Positions 1-9,076 of a stretch of 64,000 nucleotides of DNA are shown here, one piece after another; within the stretch, counting starts at the first letter, position 1; each line of letters starts with the position of its first letter. The notes under the pieces were generated by a model, which was not told the origin of the DNA, did not search any database, and saw nothing but the letters and a program-made list of their open reading frames with translations. The DNA is taken from NCBI GenBank assembly GCA_031385045.1, contig JANNBC010000006.1, positions 1-64,000 of the forward strand. The letters run 5' to 3'. The translations under genes and the position numbers were made by a program. This DNA comes from a bacterium. GTDB taxonomy: Bacteria > Bdellovibrionota_C > UBA2361 > CALJRW01.

Positions 1-31
1 TGAGCTTCGCCAAAATGTTGGACAAGAATCC

Positions 32-913
32 CTATAAACTTTTGTGATGAATTTGTTCAAATTCATCAGGACTACAATACCCCAAAGCAGAATGCATCCT
101 CTTAGGATTGTAGAAATTCTCGATCCAGTTAGTAATACTGGATAATGCTGATATTCTCAATCTAAATTTAGTTTGATAAATCAGCTCAACTTTTAACGTA
201 TGAAAGAAAGACTCAGCAACTGCGTTATCCCAGCAGTTACCCTTTCTACTCATACTTGGTGTGATGTTGTTTTGAGCAAGCAAATGTTTAAAATCATTAC
301 TCGCATAAACACTACCACGATCTGAGTGGTAAATTAATTGCTTTGGTTGTTTTCTTCTAGCTAACGCCATCTGAAAAGCAGAGCAAGCAAGAACCGCATC
401 ATTCCTAGCTCCTAATCTGTAACCAACTATTTTTCTAGAAAATAAATCAATTACAGTTGCTAAGTAAACCCAACCTTCGCCAGTTCTAATGAAAGTCACA
501 TCACCAACCCATTTTTCGTTAGGGAAGTTCGCTTTAAAGTTTCTGTCTAACAAATTATCCGCAGGTGCTTTTGTTTTCGTGGAATCAGTTGTTGTAATAA
601 AAGTTCTTTGCTTACAATGACTAGAAATCAGCTTGTTTTTACGCATTATTCTGCCAATTTGTCTTCTACTACAAGCAACGCCATCTCTTAATAATGCTGT
701 GTGAATTCTGGGAACTCCATAACTTTTAAGGCTTTCAATAAAGATTCTTTTAATCTTAAAAAATAATTCTTTTTCCGCCTTAACACTAAGCTCCCGATCT
801 TCTAACCCTTGGCACCAATGATAATAGCTAGACTTGGAAACTTGAACTAAATTACACAATCGGGGGATCCCCAAATCTAGCTTGCAATGCTCGGCAACAA
901 AACCACACCTCAC
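32..913 (-). CDS. IS3-family transposase OrfB (DDE integrase core)
   Basis: Motifs YGxPRI, WVGDVT, DLFSRKIVG, HSDRGS, GNCWDNAVAESFF, YNPKRMHSALGY. Confidence 0.95.
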   Translation of the reverse strand: MRCGFVAEHCKLDLGIPRLCNLVQVSKSSYYHWCQGLEDRELSVKAEKELFFKIKRIFIESLKSYGVPRIHTALLRDGVACSRRQIGRIMRKNKLISSHCKQRTFITTTDSTKTKAPADNLLDRNFKANFPNEKWVGDVTFIRTGEGWVYLATVIDLFSRKIVGYRLGARNDAVLACSAFQMALARRKQPKQLIYHSDRGSVYASNDFKHLLAQNNITPSMSRKGNCWDNAVAESFFHTLKVELIYQTKFRLRISALSSITNWIENFYNPKRMHSALGYCSPDEFEQIHHKSL

Positions 914-1182
914 TCCGAGTGCTTTGCAAAGTATACCGTCGCTTTTTTTAAAAGCTCTTTCTCCAGTTTTAGGATCCTATTTTCTTCTCTTAGCTTTTTA
1001 AGTTCAGCTTTCTCATCTACTGTTAATCCATTGCTTTCCGAAGTTCGGTATTCCTTTAGGATCTTATCTAAGGTCGACTTACCAATTCCTAATTCACTGG
1101 CAACTTGAGCAGGCTTCACTCCATGCTGGTCAACTAGTCGTATCGCCTCGTCTTTTATCTCCTGGCTTAGCTTTTTTCTCAT
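910..1182 (-). CDS. IS3-family transposase OrfA (HTH + leucine zipper)
   Basis: VASELGIGKSTL HTH and ELKKLREENRILKLEKELLKKA...F motif; stop overlaps the orfB GTG. Confidence 0.93.
   Translation of the reverse strand: MRKKLSQEIKDEAIRLVDQHGVKPAQVASELGIGKSTLDKILKEYRTSESNGLTVDEKAELKKLREENRILKLEKELLKKATVYFAKHSE
942..949 (-). other. -1 programmed ribosomal frameshift site (A7G) for the OrfAB fusion
   Basis: Plus strand cttttttt = minus AAAAAAAG near the end of orfA; a potential stem (CTCGG/CCGAG, TTGCAA/TTGCAA) follows on the minus strand. Confidence 0.8.
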
Positions 1183-1302
1183 CGTTTTCTCCTATTAAAT
1201 TAAGCTTACCAAAATTGGTAAACTTAGTCTTTTAATAGGAATTTCTGTCCAGAATAATGGCGAAGATCATTATCCGCTTGTGGGTAAGAAAATGGAGCAA
1301 AT

Positions 1303-1818
1303 ATGAATATAAATATGAAAAAAATGCCTTTGTCTTTAATTCTAGCTTGTCTAGTAATTCCAATCTTAGCTTGTGGTGGAGGCGGAGGAGGGGAAGATAG
1401 TTTTGCAGGAACCTGGAGAACCTCTATGAGAATAGCGGAAAATGGTTGCAATTTGAATCTTCCAAGTGCTTTCTCAAATGAAATTCTTGTTAATCAAGAT
1501 AAGGATATCATATTGGTTCAAAGTGGTGTTCTGGTATTTAGTGGTGCAAAAAATGATAAAGGTGGATTCAACGTTGCAAATCAAAACGTTTCAAATGGTT
1601 GTTCAACTGCTTCCGTATTTGTTTCGCAAGATATTAAAGATGGAGAAGGTGATATAGCATATGGTATTGAGTCACAATGTGGAAATAGTTCTTGTAGAGT
1701 GTTATATGGTGGTAGAATGTATCAAGAGTCAAATAAAAGTATTACAGAAGAAACTGACATTTCTTTTGAAGACTTGGATAATATTATGACTTCCGAAGCT
1801 ATTAAGCTTGTGAATTAA
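1303..1818 (+). CDS. Hypothetical lipoprotein
   Basis: Signal peptide with lipobox ILAC followed by a poly-Gly linker; Cys pairs; start may be the ATG at 1315. Confidence 0.7.
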   Translation: MNINMKKMPLSLILACLVIPILACGGGGGGEDSFAGTWRTSMRIAENGCNLNLPSAFSNEILVNQDKDIILVQSGVLVFSGAKNDKGGFNVANQNVSNGCSTASVFVSQDIKDGEGDIAYGIESQCGNSSCRVLYGGRMYQESNKSITEETDISFEDLDNIMTSEAIKLVN

Positions 1819-1835
1819 TAGAAATGAAAATTTTT

Positions 1836-1871
1836 TAGCGACATGAATAGACTTTGCCATTCATGTCGCTA
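1836..1871. terminator. Hairpin between convergent genes (bidirectional terminator or REP-like)
   Basis: 13-bp perfect stem tagcgacatgaat / attcatgtcgcta. Confidence 0.7.
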
Positions 1872-1906
1872 TTATATTTATAACTTTTTAAGAAAAAATC
1901 TCATTC

Positions 1907-3160
1907 CTACTTTGAAATAATCTGACTAAGATTCTTATAGCCACTCTTAGTGACCAAGATATCATCTTCAATTCTAATTCCACCTGCTGGAATATTTTTG
2001 ATTTTCTTAGAAAAATAAAGCCCAGGCTCAATTGTAAAAACCATCCCAGTTTTTAGAAATAATTCCTTACCTTCACGATGACCGCCGGGATCGTGAGTTT
2101 CCATTCCTAGGCTATGTCCAATACTATGCATAAAGTAGGGGGCATAGGCTCGTTTTGCCATTAAGTCAGAAATCTTTCCTTGCAGTATTCCCAATTCTTT
2201 GAGGCCAATTGTTAATTCTTTAGCGGCTGCTAGATATACATTTTTAACTTGAGCTTGATCCTTTACTTTGGCAATTGCTACTTGGTTAGCACTTAGAACT
2301 ATCTGATAAATCTCGGCATAGATTCCACGATGCTCACCACCTACTGGATAGCATCTGGAAATATCGGCACAATAGTTTTGATATTCAGCTCCTGAGTCAA
2401 TTAATAGATAGTCATCTTTTTTAAGTTTACTAGTATTCTGATGATAGTGCAGGACGGCGGCATTCTTGCCACTAGCCATGATGGTATTAAAAGCTAAGCC
2501 ACTTGCTCCATGGATTTTAAATTGAAACTCTAGGGCTGCAGTTAAGTTTGCTTCGGGCATCCCAGGTGTAATTAAATGCCTGATTGTTTCCAAAGAATTT
2601 GCTGTTATTTCAATAGCTTTTTCTAGAAGTTCAATTTCGTAAGCATCTTTAATTAGTCGCTCAGTTGCAACAAGAGATTCCGCTGATAGAATTGATCTTG
2701 GGAAGCGCATTGCAGTTAATTTATCCAATGAATTTAGATAGAATAATACTTGATTTAAATGTGAAGCTTGTTGTCTTGGGCAATAAAGATTATCAATATT
2801 GCGAATCTTACCTAGAATAATATTTAAGAAAGATAATTCTTCTGTATAAATTAAATCAGCCTTAATATCTCGAGCTAATTTTTCGGCAGATTCTTGTGGT
2901 CCATCCCATACTGCTTTTAGGGGATTGGGCTTATTGGTAATTAGAATTGGTTTCTCCCAAGCATTAGAGATTAAAAGAACCGTATTTAGGATTGAACTTC
3001 CCGTCAGGTAGTAGAAATCGGGATTTACTACATAAGTGTCATTTGTTCCGGAGCGAGTTCGTTCTGGTGCTGATTCCAATGCTAGGCAGGAGTTTCCATT
3101 GCCTTCAGCTAGTTTTTTAAGTACTCTTTTGATTCGTCGATTAAAAATATCTTTTTTCAT
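1907..3160 (-). CDS. pepP: Xaa-Pro aminopeptidase (M24B)
   Basis: DFYYLTG N-domain; LHY, DSGAEY..Y.ADISR, HSIGHSLG..HD, TIEPGLY, GIRIEDD metal ligands; start set at MKKDIF to avoid overlap with the divergent gene. Confidence 0.9.
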   Translation of the reverse strand: MKKDIFNRRIKRVLKKLAEGNGNSCLALESAPERTRSGTNDTYVVNPDFYYLTGSSILNTVLLISNAWEKPILITNKPNPLKAVWDGPQESAEKLARDIKADLIYTEELSFLNIILGKIRNIDNLYCPRQQASHLNQVLFYLNSLDKLTAMRFPRSILSAESLVATERLIKDAYEIELLEKAIEITANSLETIRHLITPGMPEANLTAALEFQFKIHGASGLAFNTIMASGKNAAVLHYHQNTSKLKKDDYLLIDSGAEYQNYCADISRCYPVGGEHRGIYAEIYQIVLSANQVAIAKVKDQAQVKNVYLAAAKELTIGLKELGILQGKISDLMAKRAYAPYFMHSIGHSLGMETHDPGGHREGKELFLKTGMVFTIEPGLYFSKKIKNIPAGGIRIEDDILVTKSGYKNLSQIISK

Positions 3161-3179
3161 AGCAAAGTTTTTAAAGCAA

Positions 3180-3590
3180 ATGACAGATTCAGGTTTTAAA
3201 ATAAACGTTTCAATCAATGAACTTGATTTAATAGCACCTTATAATCATGTTCACCATGCTCAAATCTTACACTTTGTAGAGCGCGCAAGAACGGAGTGGA
3301 TTGCCTCCCTGGGTTTTCCCATGGAATATTGGTTTAGTGTGGGAATACTTCCAGTTGTGCGAGCCTTGGCAGTTGAATATCTTCGTGAAGTTAAGGTCGG
3401 AGAATATCAGATCAGCTGTGAATGTTTAGAACTAGCGCGCCGAAATTTAACACTTCATCAAGAGATTGTTAATTCTAAGGGTAAGGCTGTGATTACAGCC
3501 GAGGTTAATTTAATGTTTATTGATGTTAAAACAGGTCGTGGGGCAGTCTTAGATCAGGCTTTAAGCTCCAGGATTGTGCCAGTGCTTTAG
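3180..3590 (+). CDS. Acyl-CoA thioesterase, YbgC/FadM (4HBT hot-dog) family
   Basis: ELD...HVHHA..LHFVERAR motif; start at the ATG 3180. Confidence 0.8.
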   Translation: MTDSGFKINVSINELDLIAPYNHVHHAQILHFVERARTEWIASLGFPMEYWFSVGILPVVRALAVEYLREVKVGEYQISCECLELARRNLTLHQEIVNSKGKAVITAEVNLMFIDVKTGRGAVLDQALSSRIVPVL

Positions 3591-3596
3591 CAGTCT

Positions 3597-3625
3597 TTGA
3601 CATCTGACTGATATTATTGTACATT
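3597..3625 (+). promoter_or_regulatory. Sigma70-type promoter for rpmE
   Basis: TTGACA-N17-TACATT, 30 bp upstream of the ATG. Confidence 0.7.
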
Positions 3626-3655
3626 TCCCGCCTTAATTTTAATCTAAGAAGTGCT

Positions 3656-3868
3656 ATGAAAGCAGGTATTCATCCAGAAATTTTTGAGTCAGTTGTTACA
3701 TGTGGTGGTTGTGGTTATTCCTTTACTGTAGGATCTACTCTTAAAACAATTAACGCTAGCGTTTGTTCTCAGTGTCATCCGTTTTACACAGGTAACACTA
3801 ATAATGTGGATACAGCTGGTCGTGTAGATAAGTTTAAAGAGAAGTACGCTAAATTCATGGCGAAGTAA
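3656..3868 (+). CDS. rpmE: 50S ribosomal protein L31 (Zn-binding type)
   Basis: MKAGIHP, CGGC, CSQCHPFYTG, DTAGRVDKF. Confidence 0.96.
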   Translation: MKAGIHPEIFESVVTCGGCGYSFTVGSTLKTINASVCSQCHPFYTGNTNNVDTAGRVDKFKEKYAKFMAK

Positions 3869-3894
3869 GCAGTCTGCTTAATAAAAGGGAAGAT

Positions 3895-4413
3895 TTGTTC
3901 AAATCTTTATTCTTGATACTCTCCCTTGTTCTGTTACTGGCCTGTAACCAAACTTTAAATGAAGGTTTGGCTCCAGGTCAGCTTGCTCCTGATTTTCAAC
4001 TCAAAAATTTAGCTGGTCAGACTGTTAGTCTTTCAGATTTTCGCGGTAAGAATGTCTTACTTAATTTCTGGGCTAGCTGGTGTTTACCTTGTAAACAAGA
4101 AATCAATAATCTCGAAAAACTTTCCAAGTTAAATCCTGAAAAATTAATTGTTTTGGGCATAGCTGTTGATGATCAACTGCCTGATGTTGCCAAGTTTATC
4201 ACTGATTACCAAGTAACTTTTCCAATTGCTCTAGATGCCGATAGTAAGCTAAAAAACAAATATGGTGTTACTGGTTTTCCGGAATCCTACTTTATTGATC
4301 CAGCAGGGAAGATTAAGTTATTACTTGACCCTGACAAACAGAGTCTTGAGGCCAAAATTACTGGACCTCGAGAATGGGACAAACCAGCTTTAAGTCAACA
4401 ACTACTACAATGA
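3895..4413 (+). CDS. TlpA/ResA-family thiol-disulfide oxidoreductase (lipoprotein)
   Basis: APDF.L, NFWASWCLPC, YGVTGFPESYFID; lipobox LLAC. Confidence 0.9.
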   Translation: MFKSLFLILSLVLLLACNQTLNEGLAPGQLAPDFQLKNLAGQTVSLSDFRGKNVLLNFWASWCLPCKQEINNLEKLSKLNPEKLIVLGIAVDDQLPDVAKFITDYQVTFPIALDADSKLKNKYGVTGFPESYFIDPAGKIKLLLDPDKQSLEAKITGPREWDKPALSQQLLQ

Positions 4414-5198
4414 TTCCAGAAATTTTTAGTCTTGGTCCAATTCCCGTAAATAGTTTTGGCCTAATGGTGGCGCTGGCAATTTTCTCAGCTTCAATTCTTT
4501 TAGCCAAGAGTTTTCAAGTAAATGGTTTAAACCCAAGTTTAGCTGAAAAATATGTTTTGACAGGTGGTATTGGAGGACTGATTGGTGCAAGACTTTGGTA
4601 TGTATTTGTTGATAATTATTCTGACGTAAAAAATGATTTATTTTCAGCATTGCTTTCCTCTGCCGGGTTCACATTTTACGGTGGATTTATTATTAGTGCG
4701 GTCTTACTTTTTGTTTTGATTTTAATTGATAAGATTAAAGTTAGTGCTTTTGTTGATTCTCTAGGACCTGCATTGGCTCTTGGCTATGCTATTGGTCGCT
4801 TAGGATGTCAGTTATCTGGTGATGGAGATTATGGAATAGAGACTACTAATATTTTTGGAATGTCATTTAGTACAGGAGTAATTCCCACAGCTCCAGGAGT
4901 CTTAGTTTATCCAACTCCCTTTTATGAATCAATAATCTGTATCTTGATTGTTTTCTTATTGCTTTACGTCGAGCGATTATCTAAGTGGCAAATGGCTCCT
5001 GGTGCAAGATTTGGATTGTACTTAAGTTTAATTGCGCTCGAGAGATTTGTTGTTGAATTTATTCGAATTAATCCCGAAGTTGTTGGAACTTTCTCTCAAG
5101 CACAAGTGATTTCTTTAGCAATCTTTGCTTTTGGTTCTACACTAATTGTCCTTGGATTTATTCGTAAGTTCTGGAATAAGCCTGCAATTGCCTCCTAA
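4410..5198 (+). CDS. lgt: Prolipoprotein diacylglyceryl transferase
   Basis: IGARLWYV, FYGG, AIGRLGC, PTPFYE, RFVVEFIR; ATGA overlap with the upstream gene. Confidence 0.88.
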   Translation: MIPEIFSLGPIPVNSFGLMVALAIFSASILLAKSFQVNGLNPSLAEKYVLTGGIGGLIGARLWYVFVDNYSDVKNDLFSALLSSAGFTFYGGFIISAVLLFVLILIDKIKVSAFVDSLGPALALGYAIGRLGCQLSGDGDYGIETTNIFGMSFSTGVIPTAPGVLVYPTPFYESIICILIVFLLLYVERLSKWQMAPGARFGLYLSLIALERFVVEFIRINPEVVGTFSQAQVISLAIFAFGSTLIVLGFIRKFWNKPAIAS

Positions 5199-5311
5199 TT
5201 GATTCTAAATAGCGTCTTTCCCATTTATTAAACTTATCCTATTCTGATGTTGTTCCTGACTTTTTTAGTTAGGTACGGTTTTATTCTGACATCAGGCTCA
5301 AAAGGTTTTTT

Positions 5312-5785
5312 ATGCTAAGACTCTTAGGCGTTTCGCTATTCGCAATTTTCCTTTGTTCCTGTTCCACACAACAAGCTGATTCAGCTAATTCCAAAATAGT
5401 TCATGATTTAATTAAAGATCCACTAACAGAAGATGAGACAGTTGAGGTCTTAGATCAGTCTGCCAAGAATTGGTTTTATGGAAGTGGGCTAGGCGATACT
5501 GCTTTTAAGGTTGGTACCTCGGTAATCTTTCCTCCAGTTCTTTTTGTTTGGTTAACTGATGCTGGCTTGCAAGTTACTGGCACAGGAAGTGTTAGCATTA
5601 AATCTGTTCTGCCAGAAGAAACCTCAGAAACTATTATTCAAAACTATCAAGCCGTAGTTTCGGTGCCAGGTAAAGTTACTTCGATAGTAGCTGGAAAAGA
5701 ATTTCGTGACCGAGAAAAAGGTGAAGCTATTATTAAGAATGTGCTAAACAATCATGAGAATCCGAAAGATTTAAGTGATGTATAA
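5312..5785 (+). CDS. Hypothetical lipoprotein
   Basis: Signal peptide with lipobox LCSC; 157-aa ORF. Confidence 0.65.
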   Translation: MLRLLGVSLFAIFLCSCSTQQADSANSKIVHDLIKDPLTEDETVEVLDQSAKNWFYGSGLGDTAFKVGTSVIFPPVLFVWLTDAGLQVTGTGSVSIKSVLPEETSETIIQNYQAVVSVPGKVTSIVAGKEFRDREKGEAIIKNVLNNHENPKDLSDV

Positions 5786-6264
5786 TTAGTTACCTTGATA
5801 GAATGAGTCGCAATTAGTATCCCAAATTCCAGTAAATCCAGGATCAGATTTCTTATAAATTTCATTATTATCAGTTAGAACATAATTTTGAGTTTGATAA
5901 AAATAATGAGAATAAAATTCATCGCCACGGCAGTGCAAAACGTATACAGTACGGGTTCTCTGTTCAATACTTGGACTATAATTTACGGAAATAACTCCCC
6001 AGACTTCCTGAGAAATATTTTTTCCGACTGTAAATCATGGTCAAGCCCCTTTACATTTTCAAAGCTTTGGAAGATATCAACGCCAATTAAATAAGCAGCG
6101 TGATAAGCAGATCTAGCAACAACATTATAAGCTTTTTTGCGATATTCTTTAATCATGCTGAAACTTACAGAGGATAAGATTCCAATGACGGCAATTGTTA
6201 CAAGAAGCTCAAGAAGTGTAAAACCTAGAGACTTTTGTTTTTTAATTAAGATCGCATTTAACAT
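5786..6264 (-). pseudogene. Type IV pilin / type II secretion prepilin-like gene, frameshifted
   Basis: N-terminal GFTLLELLVTIAVIGIL motif (ORF 5983-6264). A start-less frame 5786-6034 continues QEVWGVISVNY...HCRGDEF...NCDSFYQGN*. One extra base, e.g. in the A6 run at 6018-6023, joins the two. Confidence 0.75.
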
Positions 6265-6534
6265 TAACTTTCAGTTATTCTAATTTGAGTAAAGATTTAA
6301 CTAAAAGGCGCAAATTAAGAGTTCCTTAAAATCTCAGTGCTCATAACCATCTAAATATAATAGGTATTTTTTAGTTTGCATAGTCTAAATTTATTAATTT
6401 TATCCTGAAACACTAATTCTCCTTCAAGCCCTAGAGGACAAATTAGCTGTTAAGCATAACAATTGATTGGTGGTACCAATATACTTCTTAGCCTTTAACA
6501 AATTAAAATAAATTACTTATAGAACTGCCTGGCT

Positions 6535-6830
6535 GTGAACTCGCTTAGTAGTAAAGTATCTAGTCTGATGAAAATTAAATTTTCTCTTCTTAGTTTCAAT
6601 GAAATGGGTTTTAGTATGACAACCATCAATCAATTGGTCGCACTTAATATTCCAAAAGTTAAAGCACTTTGTGCCCGTCAAATTAAAAAATTAAAAGAGC
6701 GAGAAAATGTTAGTCATGGGGTCTTTGCGGTATTCTTAAATGTCAGCCCTTCAACTTTACAAAATGGGAAAGAGGGGAGGTTCTCCTTATAAATCTGATA
6801 TTTGATAAGGGTTTAGCTGCTATCATCTAA
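6535..6830 (+). pseudogene. Degenerate XRE/HigA-type HTH regulator (antitoxin-like)
   Basis: IKKLKERENVSHGVFAVFLNVSPSTLQ, then after a 1-nt shift in the A-run 6761-6764 WERGE...LINLIFDKGLAAII*. Confidence 0.7.
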
Positions 6831-6847
6831 TCAATAAGAAACCTGCT

Positions 6848-8023
6848 TTAGTTATAATCAACATTAATATCGATATACCCTTTAGTTAGATCGCATGACC
6901 AAAAAGTAGCCTGCTCTGAGCCACTATTTAAGTTGACATCAATCACTACTGATTCTGCTTCCAGCAATGTTTTAAGTTCTGATCTTGTTACTCCAGTTGG
7001 ATTCGATTTATTTAGTACTGTAATTCCTTGAAAGGCTAAATCTAATTTAGTTGGATCAAGAGTTACTTCGGGATGTTTGCCAACTGCCATAATCACACGC
7101 CCCCAGTTAGGATCCGCTCCATGAACTGCTGTTTTGATTAATGGAGAATCACCAATGCTACGGGCAACTGTTCGTGCATCAGCTTCTGATTTTGCACCAG
7201 TCACTCGAACTTCAATTAACTTTGTAGCACCCTCACCATCTCGGGCAATTTTTTTAGCTAATGAGCAACAGGCTTCATTTAAAATCTTTTGTAGTATTGG
7301 AAACTCGCTTGTCGTAATTTTAACTTCGCCTGTGGCAATCACAATTACTTGGTCACTTGTTGATGTGTCCGTATCTACAGAAATCATATTAAAAGAATTA
7401 TGCACAGCAACTTTTAGCATCTTCTGTAAGTCACTTGAGTGAATATCCACATTCACAACCAGAAACGCTAACATTGTTGCCATGTTTGGAGCAATCATTC
7501 CTGAACCTTTGGCGATTCCGGCAATTTCTAAATTTCCGCCAGTAATTTTTTCAACTTGGTAGACTTCTTTCTTTACAAGATCTGTGGTCAGGATTGCCTC
7601 AGCAGTTAGTGAGCCATGTCTTTGTAGGGGATCGCGCAGAAGCGTTTGAAGTCCTGTGCTTAATTTCTCAATTGGAAACCTTACTCCAATAATCCCAGTG
7701 GAAGCAGTTAAGATTTCTTCTGGCTTCAGTGTCAGCAATTTCGCAGCTTCTTCCGCCGATTGATTGGTGGAAGTTATGCCTTCAGGCCCAGTCATGACAT
7801 TAGCATTTCCAGAATTAATAATAATCGCTTTAGTTACAGCCGTTGATAGTGCTTGGCGATTTCTAGTAATACAGGGGGCGCAGAAGAGATTCGTAGTAAA
7901 AACAGCAGCCGACGCTACTGCCTTGGGGACATAGATATAAGCTAAATCGAGCTTATCTTTCTTGATTCCGCAGGGAATAGCTGAGGTATAAACACCACTT
8001 AGATCGCTTAGGGTTTTAAACAT
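6848..8023 (-). CDS. argJ: Bifunctional ornithine acetyltransferase / N-acetylglutamate synthase
   Basis: NSGNAN, STGIIG, ILTTD, AKGSGMIAPNMATML, RDGEGATK, DPNWGR. Confidence 0.96.
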   Translation of the reverse strand: MFKTLSDLSGVYTSAIPCGIKKDKLDLAYIYVPKAVASAAVFTTNLFCAPCITRNRQALSTAVTKAIIINSGNANVMTGPEGITSTNQSAEEAAKLLTLKPEEILTASTGIIGVRFPIEKLSTGLQTLLRDPLQRHGSLTAEAILTTDLVKKEVYQVEKITGGNLEIAGIAKGSGMIAPNMATMLAFLVVNVDIHSSDLQKMLKVAVHNSFNMISVDTDTSTSDQVIVIATGEVKITTSEFPILQKILNEACCSLAKKIARDGEGATKLIEVRVTGAKSEADARTVARSIGDSPLIKTAVHGADPNWGRVIMAVGKHPEVTLDPTKLDLAFQGITVLNKSNPTGVTRSELKTLLEAESVVIDVNLNSGSEQATFWSCDLTKGYIDINVDYN

Positions 8024-8089
8024 AACAAAATCACTTTAACTAAAAAAAATACTCAAGGAAATAGCTTTTATTGACCGAAATAATGATGG

Positions 8090-8115
8090 ATTTAAGTAAT
8101 TGTAGTTACTTAAAT
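8090..8115. promoter_or_regulatory. Operator-like inverted repeat in the argJ/nadK divergent region
   Basis: atttaagtaa-N6-ttacttaaat, perfect 10-bp arms. Confidence 0.4.
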
Positions 8116-8136
8116 GATTAACTATAATCAAATACA

Positions 8137-9015
8137 ATGTATACACTTGGAATTGTCGCAAAATATAATCGGCCAGAGGTCTTGGCTGTCGTAAAGCAGG
8201 TCGAAGCTTGGAGTGTAGCTAAATCTATTAAAATTTTCTTTGAAGCTGAATCCGCTATTCTTCTGGATAAACCTAAAGGTTTACCAATTGAAGAGTTAGT
8301 TCGTGTTTGCAATCCATTAATTACTCTAGGAGGTGACGGAACGCTAATTCGAATCGCGCGTTACGCGGCAGATTTTGATCGAACAATCATTGGAGTAAAT
8401 TTTGGAAATCTTGGTTTCTTAACTGAGGTAAGTCCAGAAGATCTGATTGAGACGCTAGATACTTTTTTAGTCAAAAAGGTACAGTTAGCCAATCGGGCAA
8501 TGATTAAGGCGCAAGTCTTACGCTCTGGCAAGGAAATCTTTAGTTGTCGTGCCTTAAATGATGCTGTCATTTTGAAGTCCTCTTTAACATCTCTGATTGA
8601 TTTAGATATTACTAAAGACCAAGAAGAGATGATGCGTCTTAGAGCAGATGGCTTAATTTTTGCGACTCCCACAGGTTCAACTGCCTATTCTTTGGCTGCT
8701 GGTGGTTCAATTGCTTATCCAGCACTTTCGGTGCTTTTAATCACTCCAATTTGTCCCCATTCTTTAACTAATCGTCCCTTAATTATGCCTTTGGAAGCTG
8801 AATATTTTGTAAGTATCCCAGAATATGAGGGCAGCGTGACCTTAACTATGGATGGTCAGGAGTCGATTGAGCTGATTGCTGGTGATTTAATTAAGATCTC
8901 TAAGGCTAAAGCTTCTTTGCAATTCGTCCGATCGGCTAGTAAGAGTTATTTTGAGATTCTACGTAGTAAATTACATTGGTCTAGAGCTAACGATACAAAA
9001 GTTAATCGTCTTTAA
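8137..9015 (+). CDS. nadK: NAD+ kinase
   Basis: GGDGT, GNLGFL, ALND, ADGLIFATPTGSTAYSLAAGG, PICPH. Confidence 0.96.
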   Translation: MYTLGIVAKYNRPEVLAVVKQVEAWSVAKSIKIFFEAESAILLDKPKGLPIEELVRVCNPLITLGGDGTLIRIARYAADFDRTIIGVNFGNLGFLTEVSPEDLIETLDTFLVKKVQLANRAMIKAQVLRSGKEIFSCRALNDAVILKSSLTSLIDLDITKDQEEMMRLRADGLIFATPTGSTAYSLAAGGSIAYPALSVLLITPICPHSLTNRPLIMPLEAEYFVSIPEYEGSVTLTMDGQESIELIAGDLIKISKAKASLQFVRSASKSYFEILRSKLHWSRANDTKVNRL

Positions 9016-9076
9016 CTCAAAAGTTCTAGGCTAATTTTAACGGAGTAGTGCATAGGTACTGCCAAACTTAGGATAA

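Larger units (their letters stand above)
1..1269 (-). mobile_element. Complete IS3-family insertion sequence (1269 bp)
   Basis: Imperfect ~33-bp TG...CA terminal inverted repeats: 1-33 tgagcttcgccaaaatgttggacaagaatccct versus revcomp of 1237-1269 tgatcttcgccattattctggacagaaattcct. They enclose orfA and orfB. The target duplication cannot be checked because the left flank is outside the window. Confidence 0.95.

Noticed and set aside
3866..3880. taagcagtctgctta palindrome after rpmE
   Set aside because: Short stem with no U-tract on the plus strand; too weak to call a terminator
5888..6094. 68-aa plus-strand ORF
   Set aside because: Antisense to the frameshifted pilin, which explains the region better
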